In this document: positions 41,098 through 52,050 of the stretch, in pieces
Layout of the letters: each line of letters starts with the position of its first letter
Numbering within the stretch: the stretch's first letter is position 1
Source of the DNA: an uncultured virus (IMG/VR IMGVR_UViG_3300010379_000002)
Lineage: Duplodnaviria > Heunggongvirae > Uroviricota > Caudoviricetes
Length of the DNA stretch: 64,000 nt
IMG/VR virus record: IMGVR_UViG_3300010379_000002
Direction: 5' to 3' (one strand)
Position numbers and translations under genes: made by a program
The notes under the pieces: model-generated
Database searches by the model: none
What the model saw: only the letters and a program-made list of their open reading frames with translations
Told to the model about the DNA's origin: nothing

Positions 41098-44000
41098 ACG
41101 CCGCCCTCGATAATGGGCAGTGCGGCGGGTAACCGAAGTGTACGCACAAGCCGGGGTGCTTACACTCGGGGCAGATGATCGTGCACTCGGGGTTACCAAA
41201 AAACTCGCAAGCGCCCACGCCGGGACAGCCGTGTGGCTCACAATGCGGGCACTGTGTCTGTTTATTCCGTGGCGAAGTCATCGCTTCGTTCCCCGGTCAT
41301 CATCGCTCGCTCGGGATACATGCCGACCGTTGCGATATACTCGTCGCGTTTCAGTCGATCAGCCGCATAGTAATGCGCCTTGCCACCTTGCTTATGTGGT
41401 TGTGATGGCAAAGCCTGAGTCTGCCACTGCCGCACGGCACCACGCCGTTCCTTTTTCATTGCTTTGCTCGCTGGTCGTCAGACGGCGTCCATATGCCCTG
41501 CCGGTAGTGTGCGGCCAAACGCCGCGCCACAAACGGATCGCTCTGCTCGCGCTCGGCGACGCGCCCGATTGCCTTGTAGATGTCGAGCGGCACCGTGACG
41601 TGCGCAGGCGCGGCGACTGGCGTCGGCGGCGGGAGGGCGTCATCCTCGATCATTTGGCTTTTCTGTGCGTGCTGTACGCGCTGATGACGTGAGGATTCGG
41701 CATGTGGAAAAGCGCGCACTGCTCGCGGTCCCAATCGTTCTTGAGACACAGACAATCGGCGCCAAGCTCGCACACACGGTCGTCTTTTAATGCGGTGAAG
41801 TCAGTCATCGCGGCCCCGTGGATTGAGGAGGCATCGTCGATTTGTGGTGCGAGCAGTAGTGCTGGTCACCGTGGCTGATTGACTGCCATACTGGTTCGAG
41901 TGTGCACATGCCATCGTAGATGCGGTTCGGCTCATTGTTGCGAATGTGGTCATCGACGAATATCTTTTTGAACGACTGACAGTTGACGCAACGCGGCTCA
42001 CGACCTTCGCCCATCATCGGTAACTCCATACGAGTATGAGCAGGGAGAGATACAAAACGCTCGCCGTGAAGCCAATCCAAAACCTACGCCACCACTCGCG
42101 CCTGCTCATTGCATTCGTCCTGGAACTTCCTTGCCGCGCAGCGCCGCCTTGTACGCCGGATAGTACGAGTCAACGTAAGCCTTGCGGAACGCCTCGCTGT
42201 CACGATTGCGGTTCGCTCGATAGCCGGCGGTTGTTGCGACTTGACGAGCAATCTCGATTGCGCGGTCATGCGCACTGTGGCGCTTTTCGTTCGGTGTCGG
42301 CTCTGTCATGTCTCTATCCCGCCCGGCGCTGTCCACTCCGCCGGGTCCTCCATAATGGCTCTGCGCAGACTGGCGAATATCTCTGGCGCCAGTTCAGCCT
42401 CACATGCTTCGCGCACTTGAGGTGCGGCGTCAAGAGGCCGCCGGAACAGCCGATAGCGCAACGCGGCGTCGTTGTGCGCCAGTCCATAGACCAGCCCGAG
42501 GGCGAAATCGCGGTCGCTCATTTTTCTTCAACCACTGCAACATACTCGCCGTATGAGTCACTCTCGGCGCGATGCGAGAACACACTGATGATGCGGATTG
42601 TCTCGGGGCAGGTCGCGATATTGTTTAGCCAGCCCTCCATGTCGAGGGGTCGCTCTGATGCGGACTTGGTGTAGACGCGAATACTCACTGCGGCGCCCCG
42701 CCAAAGAAGTACACCACGGTCACGAGCACGCCGAACATAATCGCGTTGATGACGATCTTGCGCGTGCGCGTGAGCACGGACGGAAACAGCCACGCAATGA
42801 AGTCGGCGACGTTCATCGTGCGTGAGCAGAGGCTCTTCTTAGCCCGAAGCTCGCCGCCTTGTTCGGCAGAGAACTTTTTGACTTCTTCGGTTGCTCGCGC
42901 CAGTGCGTTAGTCAACACATCTACTGCCTTGCGGGCTTGCCCAAGCTGATAACGTGTGACATCTAGCAGTGTCTTTCCTGTCATCGGCTGCTTATTGTCC
43001 CTTTCCGACAACGTACCATTCAATGTTGCCCGGTACTGTGCTAAGTTTTCGTCGGCGTACTTAAGGGCTTGGCGAGAGAGGATAGGCTGCTTGTGTATCA
43101 GGGCATTATACGCCTGGGGTTTCGCCCCGCAACGCTTGGGATTCGTGAGGTCCTTCTCGTTTATCTCGAAGCGTTCGGCGATCTTCGTATAGTTCGGGCC
43201 TCGACCACCTTTCTTAGCGGCATCCCTAGCCGCCGCCACGGCGGCTCGCGCCATAGCGAGTCGCTTTTGCCCGCGAATGTTTTTCGCCTTCGCGTACATC
43301 TTATCGAGCTGGCTTAGTCATGAACCCATGCACTCCCGGAGACGAATACATGATGTTGTCCGGCGGCGTTGTTTTGATGGATTTCGCGTAGGTAGTTCAA
43401 TTCAACGAGGCGATCAACGCACGCGAGCATGTTCCATGAGTCTCCGCCACCGATCAGCAATTCTTGTGACCGCACCGCGCCTGCGAGCTTGATGCACTTC
43501 TCCGCTTTATCGCGGATCATGAGAAACTGTCGCTGTCCTGCGTCGGTGAACAACACAGCCTTTTGCATTTGATAGTCGTAGCTCATTTGTACCTCGCGTC
43601 GATTGCGACCAGAATTAGCGTACCTCATCGCGACGGCGATGTTCATTTCATCCTCAGTAGCACGGCTCGTCGAGCCTGGACTTGCGCTGGTCAATCATCG
43701 CATTGCCTTGATACGTTCCGGTCGTGTGGCGTTCATTTGGATCAGGTCGTCGAGTGTGAGCGGATCAGGGTGCATGATGGTGATTCGGCCGTGCGCCGCT
43801 TCGAGTATCTCGCGGGCGCCTGTATGGTGCGATTGATACTCGGATCGAAGAACCTGGATTTGTTCGTCTCTGACGATAGGTGTGTGCATTTTGCGCTCGT
43901 GTGCAGCTTGCAGCGTGTCACGTATGAGACCGATTTCGTCAGTTGTCAAGCGATGGTTGCCGAGCCAATGACTCGGGTTGTTGTTAAACAATGCGGCGAG

Positions 44001-45108
44001 GCGTGCTTCGTCACTCATTCCCAATGCTCCGTTTTGTCTGGTCCAAGCCAGCCGTTGAGCCGCACAAGCCGCTCGATTGCTTCGAGTCCTGCTTTCTCGA
44101 AAGCCGCTGCTTTCTCGTCGGGTGTTGTCGCCTCGCGTGCGGCGCGCGTGGCGCAGTCATAGGGACTGCCAGGACCGTACTTGTCTTTCATGGCGCACCG
44201 AACAGCTTGCAATCGGCGATGACTTGCTTGCAACCTTTGATGACCGGATCGAAGCGATCCGGGTATAGGTCTTTGAGTGAATGCACGCCGCCATTGAACA
44301 CGAGCACGCCCTTGGCAAGTGCGAAGCACGCATCGTAGTGGTTTCGATCCAGCGCGACGACAGCCAACATTGCTTTCTTCACGTCCTGACGTTCTGTCAT
44401 TTTGTGACCTAGATTGTAGGGATGTGACCTTTCTTGCAAATTTCTCGACGCAACCGCGCCGCCTCTTGGTCGTTCCACTCTTTATTTCGCGATTGCCGCT
44501 CATCGTCGGCAATACGCGCCAACTGCTCGCGAAGTTCACGCACTTTGCACTCACTGTCGCTTTCAAAGGCCGGAAAGTAGAGGTCTGCTATGTCTGCTAT
44601 TGTTTTCATGATTCTAACCCTTGCATGTTGAAACCGGATAAGCATGTTTTGTGAGCTTCGTTGCTCGGTCGAGTGCGGCAGCGGCATCGGTTTTGTAGTC
44701 ATAGGGACCGGTCTCGATTCCGTTGTGATCCGAGAAGTACCAGCCGATGCGCTTGTAAAAGGGTCCAATAAGCGGGGTCATGGTCCAACCAACAGTTCAT
44801 TGCGGATTACATCGTCGAAGATTTCGGTGATGAAGTCCTGGCCATATGTTCGGCTCAACTGTTGCAAGAGCAGCCGCCGGCGAAAACCTCTGGCTCGATT
44901 AGCGTACCATCTTCGAACATCGCAGGCAACTCACCAGTCTCCATTGCCGTCGCCATTTCGCTCATGGCACGCGAGCGGGACCAGCCCGTCCGGGGCCGTG
45001 ACGAGCTTGAGGGCTTCCTCGAAGTTCATCTTACGGTTCAACAACGGATGTGGATTGGCAAGCATACGTTTGTCAGTCAGTGGATGAGGGTTGTCGAGCA
45101 GTTTCGTT

Positions 45109-45765
45109 TTAGTCATCCCACGGTTCCTGTATCTGGGTTGGTGTCTCGCGGTCGATGTAGACCGTTTTACTATCCTCACTGACGCCGTTGCCCCCACCCC
45201 CGCCCTCTCCTGTGGGAACTATCGGAAAAGTCTGTGCAACGAACTGAGGAATTGTCAGTTCGAGGAAATCGTCGAGAGTCCAATAGATCATACCTCCGAG
45301 GTCCATTGAGGGATGATTAGAGAAACGTCCTGGGCCTCCCCAATCCTTCCCGTCGTAGAACTTTGGGCGGAGATTTTGGACCTGTTGCCAAAGGTATTTT
45401 TGAGTGTTTTCTTCGTAGATGCAAAGCCAAACAGGAACGCCAATATCTTTGTAGAAGCGATGATATGCTCGAAATAAACGCATCCCTATTCCGTGTTCCA
45501 GTTTGCCGGAAATGCGGCCGGGTTCGGCATGACCTTTCGATTTCACTTCTATCCTGGCTGACCCGCGCTTATTAGGCCAGACGCACTCCAAGTCCGGGAG
45601 GATGATGGAATCACCATCCAGTGTTCCGATTCGCGGCGCACGCATGTTACCTTCGGGAGAGACTTGAAAATCGGTAACAAAACATCTTTCTTGCCGAAGT
45701 GCTCTAGCAACTTCGTGCTGGCGCGCTAAACCACGTTTGAATTCGTCAGTTTCCCGGATGTTCAT
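45109..45765 (-). CDS. PD-(D/E)XK restriction-like nuclease
   Basis: LPDL...RIEVKSK core motif; good RBS. Confidence 0.7.
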   Translation of the reverse strand: MNIRETDEFKRGLARQHEVARALRQERCFVTDFQVSPEGNMRAPRIGTLDGDSIILPDLECVWPNKRGSARIEVKSKGHAEPGRISGKLEHGIGMRLFRAYHRFYKDIGVPVWLCIYEENTQKYLWQQVQNLRPKFYDGKDWGGPGRFSNHPSMDLGGMIYWTLDDFLELTIPQFVAQTFPIVPTGEGGGGGNGVSEDSKTVYIDRETPTQIQEPWDD

Positions 45766-45837
45766 GGGGGACTCTCCTATGGTCGGTGATTCTGGTCAAG
45801 ACGCCTATGGCATATTCAACTCATGCTGTCAAATCGG

Positions 45838-45866
45838 TTGACGTGTCTTGGATATTCTGCTAGTCA
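45838..45866 (+). promoter_or_regulatory. Sigma70-type promoter for the methyltransferase
   Basis: TTGACG-N17-TAGTCA. Confidence 0.5.
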
Positions 45867-45892
45867 AATCTACCCCAACCGGAGACTCCCCC

Positions 45893-46981
45893 ATGCTCGA
45901 ATTTCACCCTATTGCCAATGTGTTCCCGCTGATTGAAGGCGAGGAGTTCAACCAGCTTGTCGCCGATATTGCCGCCAACGGTGTCAACGAGCCGATTTGG
46001 CTGTACGAGGATAAAATCCTCGACGGCCGGAACCGGGCAAGTGCCGCCGAAGCGGCGGAAGTTGAGTGTCCGACGCGATTGTATGAGGGTGAGGACCCGG
46101 TGGGTTTTGTGATTTCAGCTAACCTCCGGCGTCGGCACCTGGATACTAGTCAGCGGGCGATGTGCGCCGCGCGGATTGCCGACCTTCCTAAAGGCGCAAA
46201 CCAGCATGACCAAATTCGGTCACCCTCCCGTGAGCAAGCCTCAGAAATGCTTAATGTTGGCAAATCAACGGTGCAACTCGCGCGGGATGTGCAGCAGAAT
46301 GGTGTGCCTGAACTTGGTGCTGCTGTGGATCGAGGCGAAATCGCCGTCTCGACAGCCGCCGAAATTACCAGCCTGCCGCCCGAGGAACAGTCGGAACTTG
46401 TGGCGCGTGGGCGCGATGAAATCCTCGCCGCCGCCAAGCGTATCCGCGCGGAAACTCAACGAGGCACTACTGGAACTGGCGAGAACGAGTGGTATACGCC
46501 GAAGATTTGGATTGATCGGGTACGCGCTGTGCTTGGCGAGATTGATCTTGGGCCGACGAGTTCGGAACAAGCCAACAAAGTTGTCGGAGCGAAGGACATC
46601 TTCACCAAGGAAACCAATGGTTTAGACAAGGAGTGGTGGGGGCGTGTCTACATGAACCCACCGTATAGTCAGCCGTTAATCGAGCAATTCATGTTGAAGA
46701 TGGTGGAGGAAGTCGCATCCGGCCGAGTAGAGGAGGCAATCACCCTCACTCACAACTACACCGACACGAAATGGTTTCAAATTGCCGCACAGGCAAGCTC
46801 GGCGATTTGCTTCACTCGCGGACGCGTGAAGTTTTATAGCCCGGATGGCACCGTGGCAGCGCCGACTCAAGGACAGGCATTCATGTATTTTGGGACCAAC
46901 GTCGAGAAGTTTGTTGATATTTTTGGGGCGCCGGAAGTCGGATTTGTCCGAGTCGCGCCGTTTGACCCGCTCGGTTTGTGA
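45893..46981 (+). CDS. ParB-like N-terminal domain fused to a phage Dam-type N6-adenine DNA methyltransferase
   Basis: HP.A..FP...ILDGRNR...SANLRRRHL..SQRAM, HTH; then EWYTP, IDL.P, W.GRVYMNPPYS, GRVKF. Confidence 0.88.
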   Translation: MLEFHPIANVFPLIEGEEFNQLVADIAANGVNEPIWLYEDKILDGRNRASAAEAAEVECPTRLYEGEDPVGFVISANLRRRHLDTSQRAMCAARIADLPKGANQHDQIRSPSREQASEMLNVGKSTVQLARDVQQNGVPELGAAVDRGEIAVSTAAEITSLPPEEQSELVARGRDEILAAAKRIRAETQRGTTGTGENEWYTPKIWIDRVRAVLGEIDLGPTSSEQANKVVGAKDIFTKETNGLDKEWWGRVYMNPPYSQPLIEQFMLKMVEEVASGRVEEAITLTHNYTDTKWFQIAAQASSAICFTRGRVKFYSPDGTVAAPTQGQAFMYFGTNVEKFVDIFGAPEVGFVRVAPFDPLGL

Positions 46982-47025
46982 GCGCAACATCCGCCATATG
47001 CCGGCGCCTCGAAATGTCTCGACCG

Positions 47026-47475
47026 TCATATCTCGTCCCATGGTGGCTCCTCGGGTTTCTGTATCTTGGTGAGTGTGTCACCACCAACGTCGAGTTCATC
47101 GACGGTCGGTCGTATCCAGTTGCACGGACCATCCCCGCAATCACACTCGGCGCAGCGTTGGCGTCGTTCCCCGACCGGCGGTTTCTGTATCTTGGTTATG
47201 CGCTGAGGCGTTCCGTTGCGCACTTTGAAGTTGGCGGCTTGTGCCCGCGTCACCCAATCGTCGGCAATGAGGGGATCGTTTGTGGCGATACCGGTGCGCC
47301 CGCCGGAGCGCCAAGTCAACTCAAAAGGGCAGTTGTTCGTGTCGATCAGCCTCACAAGTCGCTTGCTTATGACGACAGACGGTCGGAACCGATACGTGTG
47401 CTTTTTGCCGACCGCGTACTTGTTGCCCTGCATTCGAGCCGCGATGCGGTGGCGTTGCTCTATGCTCAATGTCAT
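47026..47475 (-). CDS. Hypothetical protein (NUMOD3-like N-terminus, duplicated TKIQKP)
   Basis: ORF downstream of a TTGACA-N17-TACGCG promoter; internal repeat. Confidence 0.55.
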   Translation of the reverse strand: MTLSIEQRHRIAARMQGNKYAVGKKHTYRFRPSVVISKRLVRLIDTNNCPFELTWRSGGRTGIATNDPLIADDWVTRAQAANFKVRNGTPQRITKIQKPPVGERRQRCAECDCGDGPCNWIRPTVDELDVGGDTLTKIQKPEEPPWDEI

Positions 47476-47479
47476 GTGT

Positions 47480-48790
47480 GACCGCGTACTCCCGTTTTCA
47501 GGTCATGTCAAGTGCCTCAGCGTTGCCTCAGCGTTTCACAGGTCTATGATACAGTAAAACGTTTTGTTAGATCAAGGGGTTAACATATCTGTATCAAGGT
47601 GCCTCTATATTTATAGGGGTATAGGGTAAAACAGTATATAGAAGGGGGTGTGTGCCGTCGCGCGCTGTCTGTGCGTGTGTGCGGAGCGACTTAGGCCTGT
47701 TTTAGTGAGGAACCCTGATACAGTTCGACTTTCGCTTACGCGATCATGGACTTAGACTGTATCATGGTCCTGTGACAAGCCGATCCACGTCGATCCACGC
47801 CTCGCAGCGGTCTACCCCATATACAGGTTGACTTTTTGGTCGAAACATCCCGCGTCACCCTTACTGGCTCTAAAACCTCGCGCGCGCACTGAAACGAGGG
47901 GTCAATGGCGTCGAAACTCACCGTTTTCACCGACTCCGCAGGCAGTTAACCATGATCCCGACCGGTGGGGAGCCTATTCATGGTGTCGAATTAAGCTCAA
48001 CAACCCATTAACCATCGCGCGGCGGCGCCGTTAACCCCCGGCTGCGGCTGGCGCTGCGCCGTTAACCCCCGGCGGCGGCGGCTCGGTGCCGTTAACGTAA
48101 ATAGTCAACCACTCCAATACGTTAACAGGCGTGTAGACGGTGCGCCGGACAGCCTGGGCGCCGCTTCGAGCGTGCCGCTTTGGCACATTCACCATGTTTC
48201 TTACCGTTAATTCTTTAGTTTAACCAACGGGTTAGGGCTGCTCATCCTGCGGCAAAGCGCGGCGCCGCTGCGTTTACCACGTTCATTACCCCTAACCCTT
48301 AGCCCTGGCGGGGGCAGTGGAAGCGGGACGGTAACCATGGGGGGTGGCGGGGGCGAGGCTCACTGAGACGGTTGAGTTCCTAAGCCTCGATAGGTCACCC
48401 CCTCCATTTTTCAAGGGAGGGCCAGCTACGGGGTGGTTAACGCGCGGCGGCGGCAAAACGCAAACGCTATACGGTCAGCCTTATGCGCTCGCGCCCGTTT
48501 TTATCGCTAAAACGAGAACCCTTTTCGTTTTAGAGAAAAAGGAAGCCGGGACGCTCCTCGTTTTAGAAAAAATAGAAAAAGGATTTCCGCGAAAACGAGG
48601 AATAGTCCTAAAACGAGCGTGCAATTTGAGCAGCACATCTTGACGAGAACCTTTGTTTCGTGCAACAGAACGCACCGCCGCTCTGCCCCCGGCACTTGAC
48701 CGGGAATGAGTCGGCGCACCGAGGCGACCCGGCCGTTCTGTTCCCCCTCGACCGGGGTCGTCTCCTCCACAAAGGAATGGATCAATGTAC
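47480..48790. other. Non-coding strand-switch region: putative origin or packaging/terminal region
   Basis: AT-rich patches, TGATACAG/CTGTATCA inverted pairs, phased CGTTAAC, CTAAAACGAG cluster with A-tracts. Confidence 0.6.
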
Positions 48791-48826
48791 GGATGGTGAC
48801 AGACTCGCCTGCTACCGCTGACTCGT

Positions 48827-49108
48827 TTGAACATATCGGAGGGTATCGCCTCGGTCTACTCCGGCGGTCGCACCGCCAACGGAGAGCACGCCCGCCCGAG
48901 CGGCTTGACGGCGGCGCACCGCACGCTTCCGTTTGGCGCCAGGGTCCGCGTGACCAATCACCACAATGGGCGATCCGCCGTCGTGCGGATCAATGATCGT
49001 GGTCCGTTCATTCGCGGTCGCATCATTGATGTGATGCCGGCGGTCGCGCGCATCCTCGGCTTCGATGGTCTCGCACCGGTAACAGTCACGGTTGCGGGAC
49101 GATCCTAA
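48827..49108 (+). CDS. rlpA: RlpA-like double-psi beta-barrel lytic transglycosylase, lacking a signal peptide
   Basis: GIASVY....TANGE....LTAAHRTLPFG..VRVTN..NGRS.VVRINDRGPF..GRIID. Confidence 0.85.
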   Translation: MNISEGIASVYSGGRTANGEHARPSGLTAAHRTLPFGARVRVTNHHNGRSAVVRINDRGPFIRGRIIDVMPAVARILGFDGLAPVTVTVAGRS

Positions 49109-49302
49109 ACTTGCTATAAGCTGAACCTTCGAACCAAGGAGAGTCACATGAGAACCAAAGCATTCCGCGCTTACGCCCGCCGCGTCGTAAAAGCAGCACT
49201 CGCCGGCAACCTCGACGCCATTCGTACCCTTGGTGCACTGGTACTCGCGCTCGATCATCCGGTACTGCGATGAAATGATACTCCCAGGCAGACTTTAACG
49301 AC

Positions 49303-50367
49303 ATGCAAATCTTGACCTACAAATATCGCTTGAAAGACCGCCGCGCCGCAACGGCACTTCGCGGCCACGCTTTCCAATGCAATCAAATATGGAACCGGTG
49401 CGCTGCCCAGCACCGCGACACGCTCAACCGCTACCGGGCGGGAGCGCCAAAACGAAAATGGCTCTCACACTTTGATATTGCCAAGACATTCAAGGGCTAC
49501 GGACGAGAGATCGGACTACATCAACAGACTATCGGCTCAATCTGTGAGCAATGGGTCCGCAACCGCTCGACTCGTTTCCGCGCCAGCTATGGCCCTAAAC
49601 GCGCGCTTGGCTGGATACCGTTTCAAAAGCAGTCGCGCCAGATTAAGAACAACTCGATTTGGTATCTCGGCAAGCAATATCGCTTCTTTGGCAGCAAGCG
49701 GCGACCACTGCCTGACAACGCGAAGGGTGGCTATTTCACTGAGGATGCACTTGGCCGCTGGTACGTTTGTTTTCACGTCGAGGTAGAGCGCAAGCCATGT
49801 GTCGGCAACGCTGAGATCGGCATTGATCTGGGCTTAAAATCATTCGCTACGCTGAGCAACGGCGAGAAGATCGAAGCGCCGCAAATCTACCGGCGTTACG
49901 AGGGTCGGTTAGCCGTGGCGCAGCGTGCTCACAATAGGCAGCGCGTGCGGCGACTCCATGCCAAGATTGCGAATTGCCGCAGAGACTTTCTACACAAGAC
50001 TAGCACGGACCTTTCCGCTCGATACGCGCTAATCGCGGTTGGAGATGTGAACGCGAAACAGCTTGCACAGACACGGATGGCAAAATCCGTGCTCGATGCA
50101 GGTTGGTCTACTTTCCGCTCAATGCTGAAATACAAGTCCGCTGGATACTTGGAGGTAGACGAAAAATTCACGACCCAAACCTGTTCTCAGTGCGGTGCGT
50201 TGCCGCCAGAGAGGCCGAAAGGTATCGCAGGGCTTGGAATAAGGACGTGGCAATGTTCAGCATGTGGTACAGACCACGACCGCGACGTGAATAGCGCGCT
50301 GAACATTCTCGCCATTGCCGCCCGAAGTGCTGCGGGTCCAGTTGTGGAAAGCCGGGTAGCCACATGA
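49303..50367 (+). mobile_element. tnpB: TnpB RNA-guided endonuclease (IS200/IS605 family) with no adjacent TnpA
   Basis: TYKYRL, GIDLGLK (RuvC-I), VGD and VDE..TTQTCSQC, CSAC...DRDVNSALNI (RuvC-III). Confidence 0.92.
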
Positions 50368-50576
50368 CTGCGTGTGGAAACCGGATAAGCACGCTGCAAC
50401 TCCTTCCTGACGAAAATCTGCACGCCGGACGAGGTTGCGCGCGAGGCGGAAAAGTTCGCCCCCGCGACAACTTCGGGACGGCGGCCGCGCGGCGTGCACT
50501 CCATTCATTAGTTCATCACAAGCTGCTCATGCAGATGGGTGAAGGCGGCCGGGGCGAGGCGCGGCGGTCTCGCCTC

Positions 50577-50605
50577 TTGACGCCCGCTCGTTTTAGGTCT
50601 AGTCA
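50577..50605 (+). promoter_or_regulatory. Sigma70-type promoter with TCGTTTTAG in the spacer
   Basis: TTGACG-N17-TAGTCA. Confidence 0.55.
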
Positions 50606-52050
50606 GATGTTCTATCCCTTCGGGGACCTGGGGCTGAGTCGGCGGGTCAGAGTAGCGTTGCTCAACGTCCGGCTCAGTCTGAAACCTGCGAACCGAGTGA
50701 ACCAGTGAAAACATCAGCCCCTATCTACAAGACCAAGATCAAGCCTGTCAAAATCAAACCGATCAAGCCGCATCCCGGTCCGCGCAAGACTTACAAAGCC
50801 GGTACGTTCGGCGCCGCGCGCGCCGCTGAGAATATCACGCTGAATGCCATCCAGAAGATGATCCGCTCCGGTTCTCCGGGCCAGCGCACCACACTGCGGC
50901 GCGGCTATCAGGAGCGGGGCCTCCTCGGAAAGTAAATTCATGCCGCGCGGACGACCACCCAATCCGCGCCGCGCTGCGGCGCGAGCAGCCGGCGAACGCA
51001 CTTACGCCGACGAGTTCCCATGCGAAGTCTGCGGCACCAATAAACGCTACGTCAGCAACATGGCTTGTATCTCTTGCGCCGTCAGTCGCGGGCAGGACCG
51101 CTACCGGGGACTTGACGAAGAACAAAAAGCGGCGCAGAAGCTCCGCGACCACAATCGTCACGCGGCGAACTTACTTAAGGACACCGAATGAGCTTTTGGA
51201 AGAAATCCCTTGCAGCAGACGGAACGACACCGGCTGACATCGCCAAGCTACTCATCCTCACCGCGTTCGCATGTGTTGGCGCGCTCGTCGTCGTCGGCAC
51301 ATGGGTTGCAGACCTGACCGTGAGTATGTTCCGATGAAAACTTGGTATCACGCGCAGTGGATACTTTTCGATATGGCGGCTCGACGCGTCCGATTCGATG
51401 GAACTGAGGACCGAGAAAGCACCGTCAGTGTATATCTCGACTATGATATTGGCAGTTGGAGTTTCGGCGTTCGCTTCCAGCCGGACCCGTGCTGGTACGA
51501 TTTCAATCTCGACTTAGGACCGCTGTCGCTGTCTGCGATCTACTGGCGGAAGCCGGTGGCTGTACTCGACCCACCTGTCAGGATGACCACCATATGAAAA
51601 TCCTCGACGCGCTCAAAGCGGCTGGTGTCAGTGTGAGACCGGGTGTGCTCGACGCGCTTATCAATGGCACCAAAGTCTACATCAACCGGCGCCCGCAGGA
51701 CGGCTCAGTCTACGCGACGGTCCATGACTTCTCTCGGTTCGGCGTCGAGACGCTCAAGGTTGTGCGCGTGCCGCTCAGTTGCTTGGAACCCGAGCAACAT
51801 CCGGACGTGCTCAAGGCATTGGAGCGCGCGCGATGAGAGTTCCCCGCTGCACTTGGCCCGACTGTGACTGTCCAGATAGTCTCTGCCGCGCCTTCGAGTC
51901 GCCCGGTCGCCCGCTCGTGAAGGCGCCCTGGTTTATTTTCTTGTGCGGCGCAGTGACGACCTTGTTCGTCGAGGGGATCATCTTCAAGATGTTTCCGTTC
52001 CTCATATGGGGTGCGGCGTTTTGGTGGGCGTGCAACGGAGGACCGTGCTA

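Larger units (their letters stand above)
37302..45108 (-). other. Array of ~25 short, tightly packed hypothetical genes
   Basis: Abutting minus-strand ORFs with ATGA-type overlaps (e.g. 37302-37697, 38912-39178, 39648-39932, 39929-40225, 40453-40839, 42685-43299). Confidence 0.7.

Noticed and set aside
48029..48126. Possible mini-CRISPR (regular 30-nt period), given the Cas4-like gene
   Set aside because: The repeat core is only 7 nt, there are no cas1/cas2 genes, and DUF2800 is a standard phage replication nuclease.
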